Shown here one piece after another: positions 8,873 through 17,428 of a stretch of 64,000 nucleotides of DNA (positions are counted from its first letter, which is position 1; every line of letters starts with the position of its first letter). This stretch comes from an uncultured Pseudomonadota bacterium. Its GTDB lineage: Bacteria > Pseudomonadota > Alphaproteobacteria > Rs-D84. The position numbers were made by a program, and so were the translations under genes. The DNA is taken from contig CAMZIQ010000002.1 in NCBI GenBank assembly GCA_947307295.1, forward strand, positions 80,621 through 144,620, in the 5' to 3' direction. The notes below the pieces were generated by a model. It was given only the letters and a program-made list of their open reading frames with translations. It made no database searches and was not told the DNA's origin.

Positions 8873-10558
8873 CTAGTAGTATATTTTAAATCCATCGTCT
8901 GTACCCAACTCTTCTATCACATTTTGTATTCTTTTTATTGTTATTTGATCTACTGTTTGAAATCCTGCTTTGCCTTCTATGGATTTTGGATCAACTTTTT
9001 CTGGTATCTGAGAGACGATAAAGTTGAAATTTGTACCTTCTTGTTTGTTTTTTAGCAAGCAGGCATGACTAACTACAGATGCTCCACCATACATCTCAAA
9101 TATCACCCCGGATCGTTGCCCAATAAGATCCAAAAGCATAGTTATAAGTTTTACCGGTTTTTTTGATCCACTAAATGATATATGACCTTCATTTTGTAGT
9201 GTTGATTTAGTGTCTGAAACATCCCATATATCACCTAAAATAACAGAATTTTTCAAGGATCCATCTTCTTGTTTTATAAGGCTATCGCTAAAACGCAAAT
9301 ATAAGGCGTTTTTAGAGCCTTTTTCTAGTAACTTGCCCTTGTACTCGAATATAGGGTCTAAATCGTCTCTATGGGCATAAAAAACGCTTTTATAAGCATT
9401 TGATTTGGGGTAAACAGCTTTGTATAGGTCTTTTGCTATAGTATTGTACATATAATGTTTGAATTCTGGCTCTATTTTGATCATTTTTTCTATGTTTTTA
9501 GATAATAGTTCCATGTTGTGCTTTTTGAATAAGTTTATTATATGAGGTTGCTGTTTCAGGTGGTCAATCAAATATATTTTTTCGTGCACTCCAAAAGTCG
9601 AATTTGGTTTTTTGATAAGATGCTTAAAGGAGTTTTGCCAGTAAGTACTAGATGGAGTGTATAAACGTTGCAGGTGATTTACTTTTGATTTGTCTTTTGC
9701 ATATACTAATAAATAGGATTTTAGTCCGGGTAATCTGTATTGAGTCCTAGATACAATAATAGATGCAGGGGTGCTTGTTTTTATGACGATGTTGTTTATA
9801 AAGTTTTCTCTACCGTATACAGAATCCATAAGCACTTTTACATACGCCATTTCGTGCTCACTTACAGATAGAGCAACAAGTCCGTCTGGTTGAAGAAGTT
9901 TTTTTACTAATTCAAGGCGAGGAAAAAGGTGCTCTAAAAGCTGGCACGTTCCGTCAAATGAAGAATTATATGCTAATACAGCTCTGTTTGATGGCATGTT
10001 AAAGGGTATGTCCCCGTATGCAAGTAACAGTTTTCCTGAGTATTCTGGTAAGAGCCATTTACAAGCATCTATATTATCTTTCACTAGAACAAGATTTTTA
10101 GATTTTTCATTATTTGGTAAGGAGTTGAAAGATTTGTTTGGGTGAAATTTGACTTTTGTTGGAGTGTTTGTTAGTTTTTCTGCCCTTTCTCTTCCATTAA
10201 AGTATAGAAATAGTCCGTTTTTGTTTTGTGTTTGTGTGGTGTTGTTTTTAAAGTCTTCTAGCGATCCAATTATTCCTTCGTATCTATACAGTTGCCCCCA
10301 TTTTTTACCATTTTCAACTTTGCTTATAATTCCGGTGTTGCAGAGAAGTTTGAGTGTGTTGGTGATGGTTGGTCTTGGGATTTTTGTTTGTTTGCATAAA
10401 GTTGTGATGTCGAGTTGAGGGGTTTTGCAAAAAGTATCAAATATGGCTAATGCTGTGTTTTTTGATCTACCAATGTTTTCTATTTTTGCTCGATCTGTAG
10501 ATATAATTTCTGTATTGAATGTATTTATTGTTTTTCTGATGGTTTGTTTTTTTATCAT
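8873..10558 (-). CDS. winged-HTH fused to a divergent N6/N4 amino-methyltransferase-like domain (PF01555-like fold with degenerate catalytic and SAM motifs)
   Basis: N-terminal wHTH-like segment AIFDTFCKTPQLDITTLCKQTKIPRPTITNTLKLLCNTGIISK. Motif IV position reads LLLAYGDIPFNMP (DIPF rather than DPPY). Typical post-motif segments: LQPDGLVALSVSEH..., NNIVIKT, YLLVYAKDKSK. C-terminal motif I position reads GVIFEMYGGASVV rather than VLDPFxGSGTT. Confidence 0.65.
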   Translation of the reverse strand: MIKKQTIRKTINTFNTEIISTDRAKIENIGRSKNTALAIFDTFCKTPQLDITTLCKQTKIPRPTITNTLKLLCNTGIISKVENGKKWGQLYRYEGIIGSLEDFKNNTTQTQNKNGLFLYFNGRERAEKLTNTPTKVKFHPNKSFNSLPNNEKSKNLVLVKDNIDACKWLLPEYSGKLLLAYGDIPFNMPSNRAVLAYNSSFDGTCQLLEHLFPRLELVKKLLQPDGLVALSVSEHEMAYVKVLMDSVYGRENFINNIVIKTSTPASIIVSRTQYRLPGLKSYLLVYAKDKSKVNHLQRLYTPSSTYWQNSFKHLIKKPNSTFGVHEKIYLIDHLKQQPHIINLFKKHNMELLSKNIEKMIKIEPEFKHYMYNTIAKDLYKAVYPKSNAYKSVFYAHRDDLDPIFEYKGKLLEKGSKNALYLRFSDSLIKQEDGSLKNSVILGDIWDVSDTKSTLQNEGHISFSGSKKPVKLITMLLDLIGQRSGVIFEMYGGASVVSHACLLKNKQEGTNFNFIVSQIPEKVDPKSIEGKAGFQTVDQITIKRIQNVIEELGTDDGFKIYY

Positions 10559-10577
10559 GGTACGCTCTCTCTTGAAT

Positions 10578-10604
10578 CATTATTTTTTATAGCAGAAAAT
10601 AATG
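10578..10604. promoter_or_regulatory. 9-bp-stem inverted repeat cattatttt-N9-aaaataatg 20 bp upstream of the MTase-like gene
   Basis: Perfect inverted repeat seen directly. Lies in the divergent intergenic region between the MTase-like gene (-) and the AlpA-like gene (+). Confidence 0.3.
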
Positions 10605-10692
10605 AATAATGCCAATCTAAAAAAAATAACAAAGTATACATTTTTATCATAATTTTGAGTTCTAATATACATACAAAAAAGGATCTATACTA

Positions 10693-10875
10693 ATGCTAAC
10701 AAAACCAGAATTCACACAAGAAAAACTATTGACGGTTACAGAGGCAGCTAATATTTTGAATTTAAAACCTTCTACCTTATACCGTATCAAACAAAATGAA
10801 AGGTCTCCCAAAAAGGTCAAAGTTTGTGGCAGGCTTTATTTTACTCTTTCTTCTATAAACAACATAATGGGCTAA
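10693..10875 (+). CDS. AlpA-like HTH DNA-binding protein (prophage regulatory / excisionase family)
   Basis: LLTVTEAANILNLKPSTLYR helix-turn-helix and the GRLYF / SINNI C-terminal pattern of the AlpA family. RBS aagga 8 nt upstream. Convergently overlaps the 3' end of the Rep gene by ~100 bp. Confidence 0.65.
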   Translation: MLTKPEFTQEKLLTVTEAANILNLKPSTLYRIKQNERSPKKVKVCGRLYFTLSSINNIMG

Positions 10876-11709
10876 TCTCTTTTCTAATATCTTTCTCAAT
10901 TTGTTTATGGGGTTTGGTAAGAGTAATTCGCCACGTTGTTTGAGCCATAAAGCAAAGATAATGACGGTTTTCAGTTGCTTTATATCAAAATAATTCACTT
11001 TATGTGGGTTGAATCTCTCTTTGCCAAACCAAGTCTTCATTGTAAACAGCTCACTACCTTCGTTGATATGTGGATCTTCGTTGTCTTTTAATTCTTTGAC
11101 AAGGTAAGCACAAATTCCCTCTTTATCATAAACACATCTCAAATCAAAAACGGTCTTATAAAACTTATATTTATCAACGATTTTACTAATTGCATCACAT
11201 AATCTGTAGCCAATATATTCGTCATGATCTGTACTTTTGAAGAGAATATGAACATGCCACCAAAAATCATTCTTACCATGTTCCATTACACCAACACATT
11301 GTAAAGCGTTTCTAGTCCAATGATTTTTTTGTTCTATGGCAAGAGTTTGAATTTCTTTGAATAATTTTTTATAAGATTTTTTAGCGTCTTCTCTGTTTCT
11401 TGTTCTTCTAAAACCGGATTGGGTGCATCTGGGTAGTTTGATTGTCAAAAGATAAGAATAGTCTTCTTGCATTAGTTGTTTTTGCCAATATTTCCTAGAG
11501 TCTTGATATTCAGTTTGGTGATTCCTATAAAAACCATTCAATTCTTCATTTATCTCATTTGTAAATTTAGACATGATTTCCTCTAGCGTTCTAAACCTTC
11601 TTCTTATTTTCAATCCACGTTCTTCCACATAAAACGTTCTTCTTTTTATTGTTTTACTTAGTTGGGAATGTTGAACATCTAAATTAGAAAATAAATCATA
11701 ACCATTCAT
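10777..11709 (-). CDS. HUH-superfamily rolling-circle Rep / MobT-like relaxase candidate (310 aa)
   Basis: WWHVHILF (HUH motif) followed by Tyr-containing segments (DEYIGYRL, ICAYLVKELK), as in Rep_trans/MobT proteins. Divergent from the regulator gene across a promoter/operator region. Confidence 0.55.
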   Translation of the reverse strand: MNGYDLFSNLDVQHSQLSKTIKRRTFYVEERGLKIRRRFRTLEEIMSKFTNEINEELNGFYRNHQTEYQDSRKYWQKQLMQEDYSYLLTIKLPRCTQSGFRRTRNREDAKKSYKKLFKEIQTLAIEQKNHWTRNALQCVGVMEHGKNDFWWHVHILFKSTDHDEYIGYRLCDAISKIVDKYKFYKTVFDLRCVYDKEGICAYLVKELKDNEDPHINEGSELFTMKTWFGKERFNPHKVNYFDIKQLKTVIIFALWLKQRGELLLPNPINKLRKILEKRLAHYVVYRRKSKIKPATNFDLFGRPFILFDTV

Positions 11710-11971
11710 TTATTACCTTCTTGGTTTACTTTGTTTAATGAATGATCAACACACCTTTTGTTTTGGGTGCTAATCAGTTTGAATCAAAAAGCCCGGATTT
11801 ATAAGGGTTGAAGCGTAATCCAATCCAACAGGAGCGATTTGATTTATTTCCTAGAACTGTTTTTTTTCATAAAGTTGTAAAATTTTTCATTCTTTGTGAT
11901 TTTTTTGAGGAACGATTCGTAAAAAAAGACAAATTCGATACAAAAATAGGTGTTTTTTCTGGCAGGAGGCA

Positions 11972-12029
11972 AGTGTATACACTTTGTGTATAAAAAATAC
12001 TTGACATCGGTACACAAAAAGTGTATACT
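11972..12029 (+). promoter_or_regulatory. switch region: consensus sigma70 promoter (TTGACA 12001-12006, 17 bp spacer, TATACT 12024-12029) with GTGTAYAC operator repeats, including the 12-bp palindrome AGTGTATACACT at 11972-11983
   Basis: Sequence read directly. Operator-like motifs at 11972-83, 11986-93, 12008-15 (inverted) and 12019-29 overlap the -35 and -10 boxes. RBS aaagaggtg then ATG of the HTH regulator. Confidence 0.6.
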
Positions 12030-12058
12030 GTAGCTGTAACAAAAACAAAAGAGGTGTT

Positions 12059-12601
12059 TTGATGGAAAAATATAGAACAAAGTTTGGTACATGGATCTCT
12101 GTATTTTGTGCCAGACATGGATTAAACATCGCAAGGGCTGCTTATGAATTGGGGTTGGCTCCTACTACATTGGCATCTATTGTAGCTGGAAGACATCCTT
12201 TACCGGTGTTCTTGCGTGAAAATATCATAGCGACTTTCGGAAGATATTTGTCCGGAACAGATATTGCCGAAATGGATCAAAGCATTGTTGATACAGAGGC
12301 AGGAGCTGTGATTGTGTCAAGGAACTATAAAAAATACGTCAGTGCACAAACAGTGAATGACAAAGAATGGTGTCTAAAACTGATGGATGTAATGGCTAAA
12401 GCGACCAATAAAATGAACAAGGAGGAATCTGAAGAAATTTATGCTCGTTTGCAAGAGATTGCTGAACGCCCTGCACCAGTATCTATAGAATTAGACAAAG
12501 ATATAGATATTGAAACGCTGAGACAAGATATTCGCAGACGGTATAAAGACCCTGTAAAAACAGAACAAATTGTAGAAAAAATAAAAGAACTGAGACAATA
12601 A
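12059..12601 (+). CDS. XRE/Cro-like HTH transcriptional regulator (element repressor candidate), acidic coiled-coil C-terminus
   Basis: N-terminal HTH WISVFCARHGLNIARAAYELGLAPTTLASIVAGRH. Immediately downstream of the operator-rich promoter. Confidence 0.6.
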   Translation: MMEKYRTKFGTWISVFCARHGLNIARAAYELGLAPTTLASIVAGRHPLPVFLRENIIATFGRYLSGTDIAEMDQSIVDTEAGAVIVSRNYKKYVSAQTVNDKEWCLKLMDVMAKATNKMNKEESEEIYARLQEIAERPAPVSIELDKDIDIETLRQDIRRRYKDPVKTEQIVEKIKELRQ

Positions 12602-12715
12602 AAAATAAAGTGGGTGAACAAGCTGCAACCTGCTCACCCTAACAAACACCAAACGAGTTGGATGTCTGCCACAAAGTCATTTTAGCTCGTTTGGATCAAA
12701 AATCAAGAACCAAAG

Positions 12716-14029
12716 GTGACTAAAATGAGCAAACAAGAAAATATTACACAAACATTAGTAAATAAAATCGTATACAACATCGAAAAAGGCAACACGTCTG
12801 AATTATGTGATGTGTGGGATTCTAAGACATCAGGTTTTGGTATACGAGTTGGCAAAACCAATGCATCTTTTATTTTCAAATATAGAAATAAGGCAAACAA
12901 AGCCCAAACAAAAACATTTGGTAAAATAACCGAAATGTCTGTTGCTGAGGCTAGAAATCTATTGGACGCATTTAAACCAACAATAAAATCTGATCTTGCA
13001 ACAATTCAGAAAACTAATAAGAAATATACGGTGAAAGATTTATGTGAAAAATATCTTGCGGAACACCAAACTCGTGCAACAACGAAAAAACAAGACGAAA
13101 GCAGGATTGAAAGACACGTCTTGCCAACACTTGGCAACATACCATTACATTTATTGACAGCTAAAGATATTATGAATGCACAAACGGCTATTGCAAACGG
13201 TGATAAAAAAATAATTATAGCAGGACATAAAAACCCAAATAATCCACATTCATATATCAAAGTATCTGGCGGTCAAGGTGCTGCTAAAAGGGTTATGGAA
13301 ATGCTGAAAACAATTTTGAATTTTGCAGAAGACGAAGAGTTGATTGAAAAAAATCCTATGAATTCTCGTAAATTCAAAAAAATCAAATACGATAAAAAAG
13401 AAACAGCGTATCTCGAAAACAACAATTATGAAAATCTTGGTTATTTGTTGAAAAAGCATGAACAGCAATCAAAGAAAAGCAATCAAAGTGTGTTGTTTAT
13501 AAAATTATTGGCTTTGACGGGCTGTCGTAAAGGTGAATTATTAGGTCTTACTTGGAATCGAGTAGATTTTACCAACCAATATTTTGTGTTTGCTAAAACA
13601 AAAACTACAGGGGAACAAAAACGATATTTTGGATCTGCAGCAAAAAGATTATTGTTAGATATGCACCAAAAAGCTACATCCAACTACTTGTTCCCTAGTA
13701 TTACAAAAACAGGTACACATAGAAAAGATTGTTTGAGAGCTTTAAAGCAGATTTGTAAAACAGCACAAGAAAACAAAAGTCAATTTGATGCAATACAAAA
13801 ACTAACCCTACATGGTCTTAGACATTCATTTTCAACAATGTGTAACACCCTCTCTTTTCCCGATGTAATTAGAGAAGGACTTATGGGGCACAAGAATGGT
13901 GGTGTACAATATATTTATACACACAATACACATAACACAATGATTGAACATGCAGATAAAGTATCAGAAAGTATCAACACGTTGTTAGATACGGGATGTA
14001 AAAAAGCAGAATTGGAAAACAACAACTAA
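12716..14029 (+). CDS. int: tyrosine recombinase / phage integrase (P4-like, DUF4102 N-terminus); start possibly ATG 12725
   Basis: Box I LTGCRKGELLGLTWNRVD (Arg), box II HGLRHSF (H-x-x-R), and catalytic Tyr in HKNGGVQYIYTH. Adjacent to the tRNA att site. Confidence 0.92.
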   Translation: MTKMSKQENITQTLVNKIVYNIEKGNTSELCDVWDSKTSGFGIRVGKTNASFIFKYRNKANKAQTKTFGKITEMSVAEARNLLDAFKPTIKSDLATIQKTNKKYTVKDLCEKYLAEHQTRATTKKQDESRIERHVLPTLGNIPLHLLTAKDIMNAQTAIANGDKKIIIAGHKNPNNPHSYIKVSGGQGAAKRVMEMLKTILNFAEDEELIEKNPMNSRKFKKIKYDKKETAYLENNNYENLGYLLKKHEQQSKKSNQSVLFIKLLALTGCRKGELLGLTWNRVDFTNQYFVFAKTKTTGEQKRYFGSAAKRLLLDMHQKATSNYLFPSITKTGTHRKDCLRALKQICKTAQENKSQFDAIQKLTLHGLRHSFSTMCNTLSFPDVIREGLMGHKNGGVQYIYTHNTHNTMIEHADKVSESINTLLDTGCKKAELENNN

Positions 14030-14041
14030 AGAGGTAAAAAA

Positions 14042-14263
14042 ATGAAATTTATAACAGAAAGAGAATTAGCTAAATTTTTATCGAATGAATATGGTTTGCC
14101 AACATCGAAAAAATCATTAGAAAAATTACGTGCAAAAGGTAAAGCACCAAATTTTAGAGTTTGGGGTGGAAAAATTGTATATGAAAAGCAAGATGTACAG
14201 ACATGGCTCAACAATCAAATGGCGATTTGTTACAAGTACACAATGCCAAAATATAGCATATAA
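14042..14263 (+). CDS. excisionase-like HTH protein (HTH_17/AlpA-Xis family)
   Basis: ITERELAKFL ... NFRVWGGKIVYEKQDVQTWL pattern. Immediately follows the integrase, with RBS gaggtaaaaaaATG. Confidence 0.55.
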   Translation: MKFITERELAKFLSNEYGLPTSKKSLEKLRAKGKAPNFRVWGGKIVYEKQDVQTWLNNQMAICYKYTMPKYSI

Positions 14264-14273
14264 AAAAAGCAAA

Positions 14274-14291
14274 ATGCTCCCAATATGCTCC
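14274..14291 (+). promoter_or_regulatory. pair of ATGCTCC direct repeats 11 bp apart at the element right end (putative integrase/Xis arm-type sites); equivalent pair at the left end, 5483-5500
   Basis: atgctcc at 14274-80 and 14285-91. atgctcc at 5483-89 and 5494-5500. Same orientation and spacing (one helical turn) at both arms. Confidence 0.35.
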
Positions 14292-14340
14292 AAAATGATA
14301 AAAACCACAAAACTAACACAAACACTAGAGAATCAAAAAA

Positions 14341-14367
14341 CCCCGGAAATCCGGGGTAAATCTTTTT
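14341..14367 (+). terminator. Rho-independent terminator after xis (ccccgg-aaat-ccgggg then T-run)
   Basis: Hairpin and tctttttgtt read directly. Last feature before att. Confidence 0.5.
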
Positions 14368-14398
14368 GTTGGGGGGCTAAAATCTTCATAACGAATTT

Positions 14399-14446
14399 CA
14401 CGATGTCAACGTGACGCTCTAGCCAACTGAGCTAACCACCCAAAGC
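14399..14446. repeat. att core copy 2 (junction between the two element units; partial tRNA-Val 5' half)
   Basis: Exact 48-bp direct repeat. Preceded by the element right end and followed by the element left end. Confidence 0.85.
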
Positions 14447-14593
14447 CACTGAATTATAACATCTAAATTCTAGAATGCAAATAAAATCGCTTTTTTTTGC
14501 TTTGGTGGCTTTTAGATATAATTTGCTATAGCATCCCCTTTTCACCTACAGTATACTCTAGAGCATGCTCCAAATATGCTCCTAAATGGTGTT

Positions 14594-14803
14594 TTAGTAG
14601 TGTTTATTGGCAAATTTATCTATTCTAATTCGTTTTCCCCATGAATTTACAACAATAACATCTTCACCACTATGAAAAACATCACGAGGTTTGTGGAATT
14701 CGAGTCTTCGACCACCAATTTGTTTGACTATTACATCATCGTCTTTCCAACGGTATCTCAAATTGCTTTTTGTTTGCATGTTTAAACCTCTTACTATGAT
14801 CAT
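14594..14803 (-). CDS. hypothetical small protein (copy 2 of 5512..5721)
   Basis: Identical translation at offset +9082. Confidence 0.35.
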   Translation of the reverse strand: MIIVRGLNMQTKSNLRYRWKDDDVIVKQIGGRRLEFHKPRDVFHSGEDVIVVNSWGKRIRIDKFANKHY

Positions 14804-14905
14804 TAGAACTAAATTTGGTGCAGATTTTTACCATAAAAGGAATAAAAACACACATTTTAGAGTATAAATATTGTGTAAACACTGTTTTCGTGTTATAATT
14901 GCTAC

Positions 14906-16057
14906 ATGTTTTATGATGTACAACCGATTCAGAATAAAGAAGACTATAAAAGAATGTTGACTCTTGTAGGTCAGCTTTCGAATCTTTTTTCTGAGAGCGA
15001 TTGTCCTTATTTATCTTACAGGGCTCATGAAAATATATTTTGTAGATTTTTGGGAGCAGAGAATTTAGCCAGATCTGATTGTTCTGCTGATGCCAAGAAA
15101 GATAAAGTTGGTGTTGGTTTGAAAACGTGGATGGGTAACAATGATCAGAAGGTTGCAGAATTTGGGCGTTTGAAGAATAGTTATGCTAGTCTTTCTGGAA
15201 TTGAATTAGTAAAGAAAATAGCTGAATACAGGAATGAACGCATCAGAATTACAAAGAGGTTACATGGATTAGATTCTATGATATACCATGTTGTAAAACG
15301 TGTTCCCGGAGCTATGCAAATTCTTGAGGGTGTGTTTGACGAGATAAATATAGAAAACATCACATTATTATCAAACACTGGGAACGATAACAACACATAC
15401 TTTACTGATGGAAAACACAAATATCATTTTAGCACATCAAAAAACACTCTGTATATGATATTTGATTTTCTTGAACAGTTGGATTCTTTTGAGGTAAAAA
15501 TATTAGAAAATCCTTATGAATGGTTGTCGAAAGCTACAGATAAAAAAACTATTTCCAAAGACATCAAGAAAGTTGTCAAAGCTATACAAGAGGAATCAGC
15601 AAGAAAACCCCAATTATGTTTGAGATTATATTCGGTAAAGAAGGGTGAAAGGTTTGTTGCTGAGAAGAGTGGTTTAAATCAGTGGAACGCATCAGGAAGA
15701 GCAAGGAATCCTAATGAGTTATATATACCATACCCTAAGGAAGACAGAGACAGAATTCCTAATTTCTTTCCACCAAGAGACACACCTTTTACACTACATT
15801 TGCCAGATGGTACAGCTATTTCTGCTAAAGTGTGCCAAGCAGACAACAAGGCTATAATGAGTAATCCTAACAGTTTATTGGGCAAATGGCTTTTGCGAGA
15901 TGTGTTTGAATTGCCAGATAATACTTTAGTAACATATCAAATGTTAGAAAGGTTTGGTATAGATAGTGTGATTTTCACTAGAAATGCAGAATTAGATTAT
16001 TCCGTAGAATTTTCAGAATTGGGCACTTATGAACGTTTTTATGAGATTGAAGACTAA
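14906..16057 (+). CDS. candidate Type II restriction endonuclease (copy 2)
   Basis: Identical translation at offset +9082. Confidence 0.45.
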   Translation: MFYDVQPIQNKEDYKRMLTLVGQLSNLFSESDCPYLSYRAHENIFCRFLGAENLARSDCSADAKKDKVGVGLKTWMGNNDQKVAEFGRLKNSYASLSGIELVKKIAEYRNERIRITKRLHGLDSMIYHVVKRVPGAMQILEGVFDEINIENITLLSNTGNDNNTYFTDGKHKYHFSTSKNTLYMIFDFLEQLDSFEVKILENPYEWLSKATDKKTISKDIKKVVKAIQEESARKPQLCLRLYSVKKGERFVAEKSGLNQWNASGRARNPNELYIPYPKEDRDRIPNFFPPRDTPFTLHLPDGTAISAKVCQADNKAIMSNPNSLLGKWLLRDVFELPDNTLVTYQMLERFGIDSVIFTRNAELDYSVEFSELGTYERFYEIED

Positions 16058-16102
16058 AAGAGTTTTTGGTTTTTTTATTTTATTTTTTTTTGTTTTATTT
16101 TA

Positions 16103-17149
16103 TTGCGGCGTGCCGCAATTTATGATAGAGTAAAATATGGTTACAGACACAGGAGTTTAAATATGTATACAATAGCATCGTTTTTTGCCGGTGTTGGTGG
16201 CATAGACTTAGGTTTTGAACAAACTAATAAATGCAAAACAATCTATGCTAATGAGTTTGATAGTTATGCAAGTGAGACGTTTGAAAAAAATTTTCCCGAT
16301 GTCAAAGTTGATCAACGAGATATACATGATGTGCCTGAAAAAGATATACCAAATGTTGATATTTTTATAGGCGGTTTTCCATGTCAGGCATTTTCTATAG
16401 CCGGCTACAGACGTGGCTTTGAGGACGAGAAAGGTAGAGGAAATTTGTTTTTTGAGCTTGTTCGTATGATGAAGGCAAAAAAACCTCGTGTTGCGTTGTT
16501 TGAAAATGTAAAAAATTTAGTTAGCCACGACAAAGGGAATACGTTTCGTGTGATTTGTAATGAGTTGGAAAAATTGGGTTATTATTATACATATCATGTT
16601 TTGAATGCCATGGATTATGGGAATATGGCTCAAAACAGGGAACGTATATATATAGTAGCATTCAAAAATAAGAAAGATTTTATAAAATTCAAATGGGCGA
16701 AGACGGTACCTCTAACAACAACAGTAAAAGATATTATAGATTTTACTAAGAAGGTAGACGATAGATTTTATTATACAAAGGGAAAATACAAGGGTGATAT
16801 ATATGAAAGGCTTGTTGAAGCTACAAAAGGTGACGATCCTAAAAATCCGGCAATATACCAATGGCGTAGAAAATATGTTAGAAAAAACAAAAGTGGAGTG
16901 GTGCCAACTCTAACAGCTAATCAAGGTGAAGGTGGTCATAATGTTTGTATTGTAAAAACAAAATATGGTTTGAGAAAAATGACCCCTCAAGAATGCTTTA
17001 ATACCCAAGGCTTTCCAAAAACGTTTTTGTTACCAAAGCAAAGCGATGCACGTTTATATAAGCAGGCTGGCAATTCTGTTTGTGTACCGGTTATACACAA
17101 TATAGCAGAAAACATAGTAACAGCTTTGTCTGACGGCGAAGATAGCTAG
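16103..17149 (+). CDS. DNA (cytosine-5)-methyltransferase (copy 2; start probably 16163)
   Basis: Identical translation at offset +9082, with the same m5C motifs. Confidence 0.9.
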   Translation: MRRAAIYDRVKYGYRHRSLNMYTIASFFAGVGGIDLGFEQTNKCKTIYANEFDSYASETFEKNFPDVKVDQRDIHDVPEKDIPNVDIFIGGFPCQAFSIAGYRRGFEDEKGRGNLFFELVRMMKAKKPRVALFENVKNLVSHDKGNTFRVICNELEKLGYYYTYHVLNAMDYGNMAQNRERIYIVAFKNKKDFIKFKWAKTVPLTTTVKDIIDFTKKVDDRFYYTKGKYKGDIYERLVEATKGDDPKNPAIYQWRRKYVRKNKSGVVPTLTANQGEGGHNVCIVKTKYGLRKMTPQECFNTQGFPKTFLLPKQSDARLYKQAGNSVCVPVIHNIAENIVTALSDGEDS

Positions 17150-17306
17150 AGCTCTTAGTGCGTAGCTGAGATTGTGTAATTATTGCAGGCACAACAAAAA
17201 CTTGAAAAATGTAAGTAACGTGGTATATTTAATGTGAGTACTCGTAAGTGTGCTTGTGACATTAGATAGCGGAACGGGTTTGATCACCCAAGTACTAGTC
17301 TAGATA

Positions 17307-17428
17307 GTGTCCCAACCGAATGGTTGGGATGCCTTGTGCTATACAATAGGTCTTACCGACTAAAAGCCTTGGGGTTCTGTACTTGAATTGATCAACATCC
17401 CAACCGCCTAATAAAGCGGTTGTTTTTT
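17307..17428 (+). repeat. leader-like repeat C (copy 2) ending in a terminator hairpin at the Nuc-like start
   Basis: Identical to 8225..8346 at +9082. Confidence 0.5.

Noticed and set aside
10777-10875. Considered dropping the AlpA-like ORF because it overlaps the Rep gene 3' end on the opposite strand
   Set aside because: Retained. It has a good RBS, an ATG start and a full AlpA-family HTH signature. Convergent overlap is plausible in compact mobile elements.
12607-12640. Imperfect inverted repeat gggtgaacaagctgcaacctgctcaccc after the HTH regulator gene
   Set aside because: Stem is interrupted and there is no T-run. Could be a weak terminator, but evidence is insufficient.
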